Of a stretch of 64,000 nt of DNA, positions 63,184-64,000 are shown piece after piece. Made by a program: the position numbers and the translations under genes. The DNA lies in the IMG/VR virus record IMGVR_UViG_3300029923_000016. One strand, given 5' to 3'. Source of the DNA: an uncultured virus (IMG/VR IMGVR_UViG_3300029923_000016) (taxonomy: Duplodnaviria > Heunggongvirae > Uroviricota > Caudoviricetes). The notes beneath the pieces are model-generated. The model made no database searches. It worked only from the letters and a program-made list of their open reading frames with translations, and was not told where the DNA came from. The first letter of the stretch is position 1. Each line of letters starts with the position of its first letter.

Positions 63184-64000
63184 AGGCGCTCTCGGTAATC
63201 CGCTTTATCTGTGCATCAATGCGTTCGAGGCGCGCACGCTTAGCTTCTGGCGATATTCTATCATTCGGCGTCGCCATGATTTTGTCCTTTTGCGCTGTTA
63301 GATCGTGTATTTTTGCTGTTTTTTGGTTTACTTCTCGTTGCACGCTGTCAGATAACAACCGGCGGTTATCCGCACGCCCCAAGGCCAGATTGGCCTCCCG
63401 CCGCTTAAATTCCCGCGCTTCTTTGGTCTTGCCCAATGCCTCGAAGCGATTCACACTGGCCTTAGCTTCCCGCGCCGCGCCTCCCAAGGTATAGAAATCA
63501 TCCACCCCCTGCGTCATCCGGTCGTTACGCAGCGGCATGCCCGGAATGTCTTTCGCTGATTTACCGTAACCGATATTAAACTGGTCTTCACGCGTGGCCG
63601 TATACGGAATATCCAAGCCGGCCCGTAGCGCCATGTCGGTCACCATCATGGTCGTTGCCCCTGCATAGCCAAAATAGCCCTTAATAAAATGGTCGACCAA
63701 AAACGGTGACAGGCCGGCATGACCTAATAGTTTAGCCAGCTCTGAGGTCTTCTCGTTGTACTGCAGTTCCGGCGTCCCCGATAAATGCTTGTAGCGCTCG
63801 GGGATAATCGGGCGGTTGGTGTGGAAATCAATACCCGTGATATTCTCCAAGACCGGCTTGATAACTGTCGGCCCCATCGGTGCCCCGGCTAATATGCGCA
63901 CTGTCGTATCCAACATAGCTTGACGGGTCTGATACGGGTTCTCACTACCCTTATCCATCAGATATCGGTACACATGGTTCATGGCAATAAACGACAGTGA
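63152..64000 (-). CDS. C-terminus of a large internal virion protein (LPD38-like), entering from the right edge
   Basis: Frame open to 64000; PT.IKPV.E...G.DF.T.RPI.P...TSE.AK.LG...SP..VDH.IKGYFG. Confidence 0.75.
   Translation of the reverse strand, partial: SLSFIAMNHVYRYLMDKGSENPYQTRQAMLDTTVRILAGAPMGPTVIKPVLENITGIDFHTNRPIIPERYKHLSGTPELQYNEKTSELAKLLGHAGLSPFLVDHFIKGYFGYAGATTMMVTDMALRAGLDIPYTATREDQFNIGYGKSAKDIPGMPLRNDRMTQGVDDFYTLGGAAREAKASVNRFEALGKTKEAREFKRREANLALGRADNRRLLSDSVQREVNQKTAKIHDLTAQKDKIMATPNDRISPEAKRARLERIDAQIKRITESASRTYNRVYRP

Noticed and set aside
1..64000. tRNA/rRNA genes, integrase, reverse transcriptase or diversity-generating retroelement
   Set aside because: None recognised by eye; tRNAscan-SE and HMM searches would be needed to exclude them.

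Overview
This window is most of a tailed dsDNA phage genome with a podovirus-like gene order. Positions 1-34,300 carry a leftward morphogenesis/lysis arm: TerS, TerL, portal, GroES, scaffold, major capsid, tail tubular proteins, tail fibres and an M15 endolysin. Positions 34,700-63,200 carry a rightward early/replication arm: an MTase plus NlaIII-like nuclease, AAA/vWA pair, VRR-NUC, family A DNA polymerase, Cas4-like exonuclease, SNF2-like helicase, SSB-like protein and primase-helicase. A large virion protein gene runs off the right edge. Main finding: six non-coding arrays of (GC-NN-W) pentamers (65 units in total, four promoter-led loci), each ending in GCAAAG plus hairpins. Read as a gapped NN-x-NN-x code, the variable dinucleotides spell codon positions 1-2 of a neighbouring phage gene, for example DELLLVEEYSK of the SSB-like gene, WDRLYSGK of the polymerase, LPWSYS of the Cas4-like gene and MATxYSP of a tail gene. 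The phage's own copies differ mostly by synonymous Leu/Ser/Arg codon-family swaps. I infer a non-contiguous guide-RNA system aimed at alleles of related phages, with self-immunity by recoding; no effector gene is recognisable in the window. Second finding: the polymerase and helicase inteins each carry an endonuclease overprinted in the +1 frame. All family calls come from motif recognition by eye, not database searches.
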